64,000 nucleotides of DNA from Candidatus Latescibacterota bacterium. GTDB taxonomy: Bacteria > Latescibacterota > UBA2968. Shown piece by piece: positions 30,341 through 41,600 of the stretch. The first letter of the stretch is position 1, and every line of letters starts with the position of its first letter. Location: NCBI GenBank assembly GCA_965204745.1, contig OZ242010.1, positions 2,592,001 to 2,656,000 of the forward strand, read 5' to 3'. The notes below the pieces were generated by a model that saw only the letters and a list, made by a program, of their open reading frames with translations, made no database searches and had not been told where the DNA came from. The position numbers were made by a program, and so were the translations under genes.

Positions 30341-30752
30341 GACCTACCCCCCTAGCCCCCGTTACTCGCTACGCTTCGTTGTAGGCTACGCCTGTGCCTG
30401 CGAGGAAGGGGGGAACTGTGAGCGGTTTTGCGAGGGGATTGATGAGGGATATTTAATCGCTTTATGCCCTCGCAAAACGCCATCAGAGCAACCAGATCGA
30501 GAAGCCATCAAAGGCACTTTACTCCCCTTTCCTCGTAGGAAAGGGGCCGGGGGATAGGTCCCCCTCGCAAAACGCCATCAGAGCACCCAGAGCGAGAAGC
30601 CATTAAAGGCACTTTACTCCCCTTTCCTCGTAGGAAAGGGGCCGGGGGATAGGTCCCCCTCGCAAAACGCCATCAGAGCACCCAGAGCGAGAAGCCATTA
30701 AAGGCACTTTACTCCCCTTTCCTCGTAGGAAAGGGGCCGGGGGATAGGTCCC
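30341..30752 (+). repeat. MITE-like element whose right half is triplicated as a 95-bp tandem repeat
   Basis: Units start at 30467, 30562 and 30657; each ends CCCCTTTCCTCGTAGGAAAGGGGCCGGGGGATAGGTC. Confidence 0.88.
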
Positions 30753-30876
30753 AAAAGCCATCAAAGGACCAAACGCCTTAAATGAGCAAGAAGCAACACC
30801 TTTGCTAATCTGTGCGTAACGTAAAAAAATAAAATGTCAACACAACCTAACAGTTGATTTTCCATTGGAGGTTCTT

Positions 30877-32499
30877 ATGCGTGCGATATGGACATGTGCG
30901 GGGTTCCTGCTGGTGTGTGCGTTGAGCGGGAACCTGTGGGCAGGCGATTTTGACAATCCGCTGTTGGTGCAGGCGGTCGAGGCGCAGACGGTTCGGGACT
31001 ATGCGAAAGCGCAGGCCCTGTTTGAAGACTACATCGCCACCTTGCCGGAAAAGGAGCAATCCCTGTACCGCGATCTCGCGCAAGTGGCATTGCCCGATGA
31101 TTTGGAGATTTACCGCGATGCGAGCAAAGAGAAACGCGCTGAACTGGCGGATCGGTTTTGGCAGCGCGTGGATCCATCGCCTTTGACAAAGGCCAACGAA
31201 CGCCTCATCGAGCATTATCGGCGCGTGGCGTATGCGCGCCACCAATACGGTCAGGTGGCGTTTCCGTGGGATGATCGCGGGGAGGTGTACGTGCGCTTTG
31301 GCGCGCCCGATCACGCGAGCAAGTCGGGCGATATTCAAAATGAGATGGATAGGGAGATACAGGATGCGCGACAAAATTACGTGAACCGCAGGCGCATCGC
31401 CCTGCGAATCAGGCCCGGGCAGCCCATTTTTCCGGTGCCATCGCTGTCGTGGTGGGAGTATTGGGTGTACGCGGATTTGGCCGGGGGCACGGAGTTTGAC
31501 TTCGTGCGCCGAGGCAAAGGGAGCGTGTATGAATTCGCGCCGATGCCCGATGGCTTGGGCATTGCGTTGACGACGGATTTGATCGAGTATCAGAGCGAGA
31601 TGGTTTTGCGACAGGTCGCCGTGCATCAGCCCTCTGTGTACGAGGTGGATTTTGCCGATCTGCCCATTGACTTTTTTTACTATCCCGCGGGATTTCGCGG
31701 CGAAGATGGGATGACGCGATTGGAGATCTATTACGGGTTGCCCGCGTCCGAGATGGCGCGGTTGCCCGTGGATGACGAGACCGATCAGGTGCTGTTAGAT
31801 CGCGGCCTGGCCCTGTTTGACAGCTTGTGGACAGAGGTCTATCGCGTGCAGGATCAGTTGACATTCCAAGCCCCGTCAGATCGGCAAGTCTTGGATGGGG
31901 CATTTATTCCGGGGGTGCTCGCGGTTGAGGTCCGCGCGGGGCTTCACCATCTTTCCTTTCAGATCCGCGATGTGGTGTCGGGCAAATCGCAGGTGTATCA
32001 GCAACCGCTATCCGTGGCCGATTTTTCGCAAGCGGACGGGTTGTCGATGAGCGATATCGCCTTGGCCTTCTGGGTTGGGCCGAGCGATTCGACAACCACA
32101 GGGCCTTTTCACAAGCGCGGGCTCGAGGTGATTCCCATGGCGTCAAAGGCGTTTCGGCCCGATCAAAATGCGTTTGTCTATTTTGAAGTGTACAATTTGA
32201 AACGCGATGAATTTGGACAGACGAAATACCGCGTGGACTATTCTTTTCGCGCCGAGGAAAAGGGGATCGCGCCCGTGCGTGCGCTGCGCGGCATAGGCCG
32301 TTTTTTGCGCTTGCAGGAAAAGCGGCGCGAGGTGGTGATTTCCTACGAGCAATCCGGAGGCGCGCCCGAAGATGTGGCGTATGTCGAATTGGATTTGAAA
32401 GACGCGGAGCCGGGCGGGCAAGAAGTGCGCGTCAAAGTGACGGACTTGCTGGCCGACCGCGAGGTGGAGAAAAAAATTGCGTTTAAGATCGCGCCGTAG
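30877..32499 (+). CDS. GWxTD-domain-type exported protein
   Basis: Signal peptide; FWQRVDPSP..NE...EHYRRVAYA...WDDRGEVYVRFGAPD. Confidence 0.85.
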   Translation: MRAIWTCAGFLLVCALSGNLWAGDFDNPLLVQAVEAQTVRDYAKAQALFEDYIATLPEKEQSLYRDLAQVALPDDLEIYRDASKEKRAELADRFWQRVDPSPLTKANERLIEHYRRVAYARHQYGQVAFPWDDRGEVYVRFGAPDHASKSGDIQNEMDREIQDARQNYVNRRRIALRIRPGQPIFPVPSLSWWEYWVYADLAGGTEFDFVRRGKGSVYEFAPMPDGLGIALTTDLIEYQSEMVLRQVAVHQPSVYEVDFADLPIDFFYYPAGFRGEDGMTRLEIYYGLPASEMARLPVDDETDQVLLDRGLALFDSLWTEVYRVQDQLTFQAPSDRQVLDGAFIPGVLAVEVRAGLHHLSFQIRDVVSGKSQVYQQPLSVADFSQADGLSMSDIALAFWVGPSDSTTTGPFHKRGLEVIPMASKAFRPDQNAFVYFEVYNLKRDEFGQTKYRVDYSFRAEEKGIAPVRALRGIGRFLRLQEKRREVVISYEQSGGAPEDVAYVELDLKDAEPGGQEVRVKVTDLLADREVEKKIAFKIAP

Positions 32500-32502
32500 T
32501 CC

Positions 32503-34155
32503 CTAGAACGCCCTGATCATCCGCACGTGTACCATGCCTTGGTCAAAGCTCTCTTTCCAGGGCAATCCGTAGTCGATGCCAAGCGTGCCCATCCCGCTAG
32601 TTGCCAAAAGTCCCAGGCCGTAGGAAAGGGGATATTGGCTCGCCTCTGCGCCGCTGATCCGCCCGGCATCGACAAAGGCGAAAACCCGAGTCTTTGGCCC
32701 CAGCAACCGGCGGCATTCCACATTGACCCATCCCGCGGTTGTTCCCCCAAATTGCTCTTCCCGATAGCCCCGCAGGGATTGCGTGCCGCCAAGCCAAATC
32801 CACGCGGTTTCTGGCACCCCCCTCGTTTGCCCCACCCACGAGGCACGCGCCCGCCCCGCGATGGCAAATTGCCTGCCCAAAGGCCGCGACACCTGCCCAT
32901 CGGCCGTCCATCGCACGCGCCTGATCCCGGGCGCGACCTCGCCGATTTCGCCCTTAAACTCGGCTTGCCAACCGTGCGTCTCATCCACGCGCCGGTCGAT
33001 CCGCACGCCCATCTCGAGAGACCACATCTTCTCGGCATCGTAAAATCCCAAACCCGTTGAATCGGGCAATACGCGGCTGTGTGCAAGCCCGCCGAACAAA
33101 TGCGTGCCTGCGGATACGGAAACATCTGCGCCCGCGCCAAATCGCTGCGTCACGTACCCGGCCCGTTCGTGCATTTCCACGCGGCCCCATGCCGAGATCG
33201 CGCTGTTGAACACATATGGTTCGCGGTACGAAACGCGCAAGTGAGACGCGCCCTCGTCCCTGCGCGACCACAGGGCATAGCCCTCGCGCCCGCCGCCGGA
33301 AAAGTTCAAGACGTCGAGCGCGATTGCCCCGGTCAAGGTCTGCCCCGAACCGAGGCCGAGGCCGCCTTCGATGCGCGTGTGGCGCGATTCCTCCAGCCCG
33401 ATCACAAGGGCCTTTTCCTCCCCGGTAGGCACGAGTTCGGCTTTGTGAACGCGGTCGATGAAGGGTAGATTTTGCAACCGCTGCACAAACGCATCTACGC
33501 GCCGCTGGTCATAGACTTCGCCCACAGAGATATGCCGCAACAAAACATCGTCCCGCGTCACCTCATTCCCCTCGAACCGCACGGTATCAATGCGAACTAG
33601 CGGGCCGGGGGACACGTCAACCCGCACGCCCGCGCCATTCTCGCCCCATAGCACATCGGGACGCAACGCGCAAAACGGATAGCCTCGGTCTTCGTAAAAA
33701 CGCAACAGGCGATCCAAGTGCCGGTTCAAGTCGCTTTCGGTCAATACCGCGCCCTGTGCAAGCCCAAAGGCATCGCGCACATCTGACGGATCAAAGATCA
33801 ACTCGCCGCGCACTTGCACGGATGCAATCCGGGTTCGCGCACCTTCGGCGATTGCAAAAACGACCGTCGTTTTATCTCCGCGTACAATTTTGGGAAACGA
33901 TACTGCCACACGCCAGAAGCCCTGTTTTTTGTATTCTTCCAAAATGCGTTGCACATCCTTTCGCAACAACGCGGAATCCACACCTACGCCCGCTCGCGTG
34001 ACCAACCACCCCTGCACATCGCGCACGGGCACAGACCGCGCACCTTCAATTTGAACGCGCGCCACAATCGGGCGATCTTCCTCTGCTGACGCCACCAGCG
34101 GGAAAACCACAAGGGCAACCACGGATAAACACCTATAAACGCGGATGAAAGTCAA
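32503..34155 (-). CDS. Omp85/BamA-TamA-family outer membrane protein with POTRA domains (start uncertain)
   Basis: POTRA motifs (YEDRGY, FEGNEVT), LRGY barrel motif, C-terminal Phe. Confidence 0.85.
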   Translation of the reverse strand: MTFIRVYRCLSVVALVVFPLVASAEEDRPIVARVQIEGARSVPVRDVQGWLVTRAGVGVDSALLRKDVQRILEEYKKQGFWRVAVSFPKIVRGDKTTVVFAIAEGARTRIASVQVRGELIFDPSDVRDAFGLAQGAVLTESDLNRHLDRLLRFYEDRGYPFCALRPDVLWGENGAGVRVDVSPGPLVRIDTVRFEGNEVTRDDVLLRHISVGEVYDQRRVDAFVQRLQNLPFIDRVHKAELVPTGEEKALVIGLEESRHTRIEGGLGLGSGQTLTGAIALDVLNFSGGGREGYALWSRRDEGASHLRVSYREPYVFNSAISAWGRVEMHERAGYVTQRFGAGADVSVSAGTHLFGGLAHSRVLPDSTGLGFYDAEKMWSLEMGVRIDRRVDETHGWQAEFKGEIGEVAPGIRRVRWTADGQVSRPLGRQFAIAGRARASWVGQTRGVPETAWIWLGGTQSLRGYREEQFGGTTAGWVNVECRRLLGPKTRVFAFVDAGRISGAEASQYPLSYGLGLLATSGMGTLGIDYGLPWKESFDQGMVHVRMIRAF

Positions 34156-34266
34156 AAGACAATACCTTGGTAAGAATTGGGATATAAGGTTGAAGGATGG
34201 GCAAAGTTGAGGAGCAATTACAGGTTCACTATTGACACAATATAACAAATTCGTTATGTTATCCCA

Positions 34267-34629
34267 ATGGAATGGGAGATTACATATTACAGCGAAAAAG
34301 TACAACAAGATATCTTGCGCTTTCCGCCAAGTGTTCAAGCACGCTATTTTAATTTGACCGACAGGATGCAAAAATTTGGGCCTAATCTGGGTATGCCGCA
34401 TACACGAGCACTGGGCGGCGGGTTATTTGAACTCCGCTTGAGGGCCAAAGAGGGTATTGGTCGCGTGTTCTTTTGTACACTGACTTCGCGTGTGCAAAGT
34501 TCAGCCGGAAAAAGAAAAATTGTTATGCTCCACTGTTTCGTAAAAAAATCTTACAAGATACCGAAGAAAGAACTCGATATAGCTAGAAATCGACAATCAG
34601 AATTTCAGGGTTCTCAAAAATTATCCTGA
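34267..34629 (+). CDS. RelE/HigB (Gp49-like) toxin
   Basis: GPNLGMPHTRALGGGLFELR...IVMLHCFVKKS..IP motif. Confidence 0.9.
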   Translation: MEWEITYYSEKVQQDILRFPPSVQARYFNLTDRMQKFGPNLGMPHTRALGGGLFELRLRAKEGIGRVFFCTLTSRVQSSAGKRKIVMLHCFVKKSYKIPKKELDIARNRQSEFQGSQKLS

Positions 34630-34671
34630 GCACGCCACTCATCCATCCGCATAACCGAAAAAGCGAAAAAA

Positions 34672-34956
34672 ATGATCAGTCACGAAGAATTGAAAAGACG
34701 AGCACTCGCAAACCCCGCAACAAGAGCCGAGTACGAGGCTCAAAAGCCGGAGTTTGAATTGCTGGACAAGATGCTCGAAGCGCGAAAACGCGCTGGCTTG
34801 ACGCAAAGTCAGGTCGCCGAAAAGATGGGCACAAAGGCAACGGCGATCACCCGCTTGGAGTCTGCCAACAGCCACCACTCGCCAAAAATCGAGACCCTGC
34901 GAAAATACGCCGAGGCAGTGGGGTGTCGGCTCAACATCGAGTTGATCCCCGATTGA
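34672..34956 (+). CDS. HigA-like XRE helix-turn-helix antitoxin
   Basis: ARKRAGLTQSQVAEKMGT...RLES HTH; lies downstream of the toxin. Confidence 0.9.
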   Translation: MISHEELKRRALANPATRAEYEAQKPEFELLDKMLEARKRAGLTQSQVAEKMGTKATAITRLESANSHHSPKIETLRKYAEAVGCRLNIELIPD

Positions 34957-35123
34957 CCGGTGGGACGGATTACGCAGATTACGCGGATTACCCCATACCG
35001 CCCCACCGCAAGCCCTATCCCTAAGTAAGAGGCAAGAGGTAAGAGGCGAGACCGGCCCACAACCCTTCCGCCGCTTCATCGTTCCCACTCCGCAGTGTCT
35101 TTCGCATCCCCCGCCGCCATAGA

Positions 35124-35379
35124 GACCTATCCCCCCGGCCCCCGTTATTTGCTTCGCTCATTGTAGGCTACACCTGTGCCTACAAGGAAAGGGGGAGCGC
35201 ATGGCTTTCTTGAAGGGTTGCATCCAGGGCTGTTCTGATGGCTTTGAGTGAATGGATAATGCCATGAAAATCCAACCCCCTATCGCGCAATCCCCTCGCA
35301 AGACCTCTCGCCATTCCCCTCGCAAAACCGCTCACCGTTCCCCCCTTCCTTTTAGGAAGGGGGGTTAGGGGGGTAGGTC
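35124..35379 (-). repeat. MITE-like element
   Basis: Reverse-complement copy of the family; its distal flank resembles 3312-3410. Confidence 0.8.
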
Positions 35380-35446
35380 CAGAAGTAAAGCCCGAGTTCA
35401 CTGTGAACCCGGGCTTTTGTTTTCCCTTTCGCGTCTTTCGCATTTG

Positions 35447-35641
35447 TCAGCCTGATGAGCCAAAGTCGGCGGCGAAGATGAGGAAATCGTCGAATCCAAT
35501 TTCGCCATCGCCATCGCACCGGGCGTCATATCGCTCCTGTCCGAGCCGCGAGCCGAACTTATCCGCAAAGGTCAAGAAGTCGGCGAAATTCACATCGCCA
35601 TCGCCATCTTCATCTGTGGCGGTCAGGGAACAGGCTTTCAT
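35447..35641 (-). CDS. Small double EF-hand/dockerin-like ORF
   Basis: DEDGDGDVNFADFLTFADKFG...GEIGFDDFLIFAADFG; ATGA overlap with the upstream stop. Confidence 0.55.
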   Translation of the reverse strand: MKACSLTATDEDGDGDVNFADFLTFADKFGSRLGQERYDARCDGDGEIGFDDFLIFAADFGSSG

Positions 35642-38600
35642 TGGAAGTGGGAGTCGGGATAGAGGCTTCGGATGTAGGGTTCAATGGCTTGAGCGGTCGT
35701 GCGCGTAGCATTTTGCTCGATGACGTTCCCTCTGAGGAGGGCCTCGTTCCGGAAGAAGAGGACGTATCGAATGATCAGGATTATATCCGAGAACAGCCTC
35801 ACATCGCCATCGCCATCCACATCGAGAATGTTCTGATTGACCAACGTGTCGAGGTAGGGTTCAATTTCTTGAGCGGTCTTGCGCGTGGCAGTTGGCTCGA
35901 TGACGTTCCCTCTGAGGAGGGCCTCTTCCCGGAAGAAGAGGACATATCGAATGACCAGGATTATATCCGAGAACAATCTCACCCGGCCATCGCCATCCAC
36001 ATCCAAGTTGGCACTCGGGGTTTCGTCATCGATAATCGTCCCTGTGCCTTGCGCCGTGCTTATGGTCGCATTGGTCGCACTGCTCAGCGTCACGATCACG
36101 GTCTCGTTCTGCTCATCATCCGAGTCGTCGGTCACAGAAACAGCGATGGTCTGGATGGTATCGCCTACCGCGAAGGTCAGGGTCCCTGCGGTAAGCGCGG
36201 TGTAATCTGTCCCCGAAGTCGCGGTGCCCGTGCCAGCGTCTGCATACGCCACCGTCACTTGTAACGTGTTGTGCGCTGGGCGTAGGTACACCCTAAAGGT
36301 CAGGGTCGCGCTGGTCGCGCCTTCAATCACGCTTGGCGAACCGATACTCAGCGTAGGCATGCCATCGTCATCGATAATCGTCCCGGTGCCTTGCGCCGTG
36401 CTTATGGTCGCATTGGTCGCACTGCTCAGCGTCACGATCACGGTCTCGTTCTGCTCATCATCCGAGTCGTCGGTCACAGAAACAGCGATGGTCTGGCTGG
36501 TCGTGCCCGCCGCGAAGGTCAGGGTTCCTGCGGTGAGCGCGGTGTAGTCTGTCCCCGAAGTCGCGGTGCCCGTGCTCGCGTCTGCATACGCCACCGTCAC
36601 CTCCTTGCCGCTCACCTCATTCAATCTAACGGTGAACGTCAGGGCAGTGCCCTCAACCGCACTTGGCGAACTAATCGAGAGCCTCGGCGGCGGGTCATCA
36701 TCGGTGATCGTTATCGCAGTTGGGAGGACCACACTGCCCTGGTCGTTGTCTGCCACAACGGTCACGGTCACGTCGCGATTAGGCGCGTCTCGGGTGTTGT
36801 CCACCGCTGTGATGACCACCGTGTCCGACGCGTTCGCGGTTTGCCCTGCCGCGATGGTGATCGTCGAATCCGTCCCCACCGTGTAAGCACCCGCCACCGG
36901 GCGCACCGTGATCGTCGTCGTTGCGCTCAATGGGTGTGCCAGCGTCGCGGTCACGGTGCTCATCCCACCGCTTTCCGAGATCGACGAGGGCGTCAGTGCC
37001 AACGTCACTATCGCGGGTTGGAGCTGAAATTGCACGGTGGTGTCCAGGCCGGCATACTTCAAGGCCGGATACTGATCCATCGCGCCAAAGGTCCACGGAT
37101 CGTCGTTGCCGGCTTGTCCGTCTATGTTGGCGTTCCAGCCGTAGTAGGTGTCGTTGCTGGTGGCACCGTAGGTGGTGGGGCTCTGGAGCTCGCTGGTCGT
37201 CTTGCCCGCAGCGCCGCTACCGCCGAAGCTGGTTTGGCGTCCGCTGGTTTGGGTGTCCCAGTAGCTGCCGCTAACCGTGCCCGTGCCGGCATTCGACTCG
37301 CCCAACAGCCCGCCGATAGATGTCATCGACCCGCTGGAGAGGCTGACTGCGCCGGTGGAGTAGGAGTTTGTTATGGAGCCGGCGGCGGCTTTTGAGCCTA
37401 CCAGCCCACCGAGGTTCTGAGTCGCGCTGACGGATGCGAGGGAGTAGCTTGTGGAAATGGCACCTCCGGTCCAGCCGACCAGACCGCCGACGACATTGTC
37501 GCCCGTCATGCTGCCGGTGGTGTAGCAGGCGACGATTTCGCCGCGATTGCCGCCGACCAGAATGCCACTAAAGTCGTCTGCCGTAACATCGGCGTCGGTT
37601 ACGCCCAGCGACTCGATGCGGGAGTTGGTGCCGGTGCCGCCGAACAGTGCTTGGTAGCTGACAGCGGAGCGGCTGATGAACAGGTTTTGGACGGTGTAGC
37701 CGTTGCCTTTGAAATCGCCTGTGTATCGTAACGCTGGGCTGGCGTCGGAGCCGATGGGCATCCAGCCTTGGCCGCTATTCCAGTAGGTGGTGTCTGCTTG
37801 GGTGATCGCGCCATCGTTGTTCTCGTCAAAGTCCAAGTTGTTGAGCAGTTCGTAGCCAGTGCAACCGCTGGAAGGGCAACCCTTGCTCGCTGACAAGTTC
37901 CCGTTGGGAAAGGCGGCGTTGTAGGCGGTCGTATCGGCGGTCGTGGCACTTGAGTCTATGGCACCATCGCCATTGATATCCCAGCGCATGGCATGCAGTT
38001 GTGCCAAGGTCGAGACCTCGAGGAGGCCATCGCTATCCGTGTCGTAATGCACGGGTTGGGCAGCGTACTGCGCCGTGGTGTCCAGGCCGGCAAACGTCAA
38101 GACCGGATACTGCTTTGTCGTGCCAAAGGTCCAGGGATCATCATCGTTGGTCCCCGAAGCATCTATGGTCAGATCGTCCCAGTTGGCATAGATGCCGCTC
38201 GCAGACGTGATCGATTGTAAGTCGGCAGTCAGCTTGCCCTCCGGCGCAACAGTATCGCTATCATCGACAATGCCGCTTGTTTGCGTGTCCCAGTAGCTAT
38301 CGGTCACTGTACCAGCCGAACTGCCCACCAAACCCCCTTTCGTACCGGCACCCGTGACTGCGCCCGTCGCGTAGCTGGCGGTCACGTCACTGCCGCTCGC
38401 GATTTGACCCACCAAACCGCCGCCCACCGCGCTACTGTGTCCCGCGAACACCGTGCCCAGCGCGTAAGACGCCACCACCTCGGTCTGATCGGTCAGCCAA
38501 CCCACCAAACCGCCGGCCATCCCGCCACTCGTCACATGTGCAGGAACCCGCACAGAGACGAGCGCGTAGCTGCTCACAATGCGATTAGTGCCCGAAGTGC

Positions 38601-41600
38601 GATAAGACCGACCAACCAAACCACCCACACCCCACTTCGACCCCGAAACGCGACCCGTCACATAACACGACGAGATGGTGCTCCCACCACCTTGATTACC
38701 GGCCAGACCACCCACGCGGTCAGCACCGGTCACATTCACATTCAACAACCCCAATCCCGAAACATCGCCATCAACCGCCTGGAACAATCCTGTATTATGC
38801 CGAGACCCCCGGTTGATGAACAGGTGGGAGATCGTCTTGTTGTTGCCTTTGAACGTGCCGCCGTAAGGCCCCACAGGGTCCCAGCCGGCGCCGCCATTCC
38901 AGTAGGTGGCGTCTGCTGCGGTGATCTCGCCGTCGCCGGAGGTGTCAAAGTCCAGGTTGGCGAGCAGTTCGTAGCCGGTGCATCCCGGGAAGCAACCCAT
39001 ACGGGTGGCGGTGTCCCGGTTTGGAAAAGCAGTGTTGTAGGCGGTCGTATCGGCGGTCGAGGCACTGGCGTCTATGGCACCATCGCCATCGAGATCCCAG
39101 CGCATGGCGTTGAGTTGCGCCAGCGTGGTGATAGCGATGAGGCCATCGCCATCGGTATCGTAATTGGTGAGACCTGTAGCGCGCATGACCTCAACCGATC
39201 CATCGCGCGCACCGGTCTTGCTGGCAATGACACGCACTGTGTAGGTCGTCCCCGACGCCAAGGGAATCTTGAGGAACGTAGCCGTGGGGGTGGCCTCACG
39301 CGCGGCGTCGTAGCTTTGCATGCCGGATTTCCACTGCACGGTGTATCCCGTCGCTTGACTCGCCGCACGCCAGTGTACGTACAAGGTGTCCCCATTAGAT
39401 GTCACTGCCACACGCGGCGGTATGCTCGGTTGCAACGCAAGTTGCGCGGTGGTATCCAGGCCGGCATACTTCAAGACCGGATACTGATTCGTCGCGCCAA
39501 AGTACCACGGATCGTCGTTGCCCGCTTGCCCGTCCAGATTTTGGTTCCAGTTGAGGTAGCTGCCGGTATAGCCGGTGGGGCTTTGGAGGGCGCTGGTGGT
39601 TAGACCGCCAAGGGTGTTGATGAGGGTCCCAGCGGTGGTGCTCTGCCCGGTGGTTTGGGTGTCCCAGCGGCCGTAGGTTATCGCCGCCGTGATTGAACCA
39701 CCCCGTTGTGCCGCCAGGCCGCCGGTGGCTGTGGTGCCGGTGCTGGTGTTGGAAACAGTGCCGATAGCATAGACAGCACTTATCGAGTTCGCGTCAGTGA
39801 CCTGCACTTGACCTATCAGGCCGCCCGCTTTGACGCCGGAGCCGGTGCCGGAAACGTTCCCGGTTGCGTAGCTGGAGCGCAGGTATTCGCCACTACCGAG
39901 ATTTATCTGCCCGATCAGGCCGCCCACTTTGAAGCTGAGGGCGTCGGTAACACCGGTGCCGGTGCCACTACCGGAAACATTCCCGGTCGCGTAGTTGGCG
40001 TAGCTGGGACCAGCCATATGCCCGATCAGGCCGCCCATTCTGCCGGTGCCGCTCCCGGAAACGTTCCCAGTCGCGTAGCTAACGCTGACCCGGTCCCCGG
40101 CCCAACCTATCAGGCCACCGGCGGCGATGGAGCCGGTGCCGGTGATGGTGACCGTCCCAGTGGCATAGGTGGAGTCGACGCTACCGGCGGCTGTCCCGAT
40201 CAGGCCGCCGATGAACAACGAATTGTTGTTCGTTCCGACCACATTGCAGGTGGCGTAGCTATCGCTGACGGTGCCATTGGAGTAGCCCAACAGACAGCCG
40301 GTATAGCCAGTGGCACTGGCACTGCTGGTGTTGTGGGTTACGGAGCCGCCGGCAACGTAGCTCCCGCGCACCGCGCCGCCGGCATTGAGGAGCCCCGCCA
40401 AGGCACCGGTTTGACCCACGTTGTTCGAACTGGCGGTGGAAGTGCGGGTGTTGGTGATATTCACGTCCAACAAGCCCACATCTCTAATCGTGCCGCTGAC
40501 ATCGCCGAACAGACCGACGAAACCGCCGCCGGTGGCGGTGCTGGTGCTGTCAGCGATAAACAAGTTGGAAATGGTGTTGTCATTGCCATCAAAGGTGGCG
40601 GAGAAGGCGGTTGCAGCGCCGGTGGACGCCACACCGATGGGCGTCCAGCCAGCGCCGCTGTTCCAGTAGGTGGCGTCTGCTGCGGTGATTGAGCCATCGT
40701 TGTTCTCGTCAAAGTCCAAGTTGTTGAGCAACTCGTAGCCGGTGCAACCGCCGGTGGCCGGGCAACCCATCCGGCCGCTACTGGCGGTAATGTCGCCGCC
40801 GAGAAAGGCGTTAGCATAGGCGATGGTGTCGGCGTTGGTGCCGGTGGGCAAGCCATCGCCGTTCAAGTCGTAGCGGATGGCGTTTAACTGCAACAGGGAA
40901 GTCACGTCAATCAGGCCGTCGTTGTCGCCGTCGTGGTCAACTACCCGCTGGCTGGGGGTTCTCAGGGTCGGGTCCTGGCTGGTGGTGCCGAAGTTCCACG
41001 GGTTGTCGGGGACACGATCACCGTCCACATCTACGTTCCAGTTGGCGTATATGCCGGTGTAGGTGATGGGATTTTGGAGATCGCTGGTGCTCTTGCCGGT
41101 AACGCCTGCGTTGCTACCGGGTAATGCGCCGGGAGCAACGACGCCGATGCCACCGGGCCGCTCGCTGGTTAAGGTATTCCAGTAATTGTTGGACTGGGTA
41201 TTGCTGGCACATGAGCATCCGAGCAACCCGCCGACGTTGTTGTTGCCGCTGACCCTGCCGATGGAGTAAGAGTTTGATATTAAGGCGAAAGTGCTAAAGC
41301 CCACCAGACCGCCGACATACTGCCCCCCGCTGACAGATGCAGTGGAATAGGTGGTGTTGATATCTCCGCCGTTAAAGCCGTTATAGCCTACTAATCCACC
41401 GGTTTGATCTCCGCCTTGCACTGCGCCGGTGACGTAGCAGGCGACGATTGGGCTTCCACTATTTCCGCCTGCCAGAATGCCGGTATTGTCTCTTCCCCGA
41501 ACGTTGGCGTTGGTTACGCCCAGGCTTTCTATGCGGCCGGATTGAATGGAGCCGAACAGTCCGACGTAGCCTGTGTTGTTTCGGCTGATGAACAGGTTGT

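Noticed and set aside
30467-30752. CRISPR-like array
   Set aside because: Whole 95-bp units repeat with no unique spacers; they are MITE arms, and no cas operon is present
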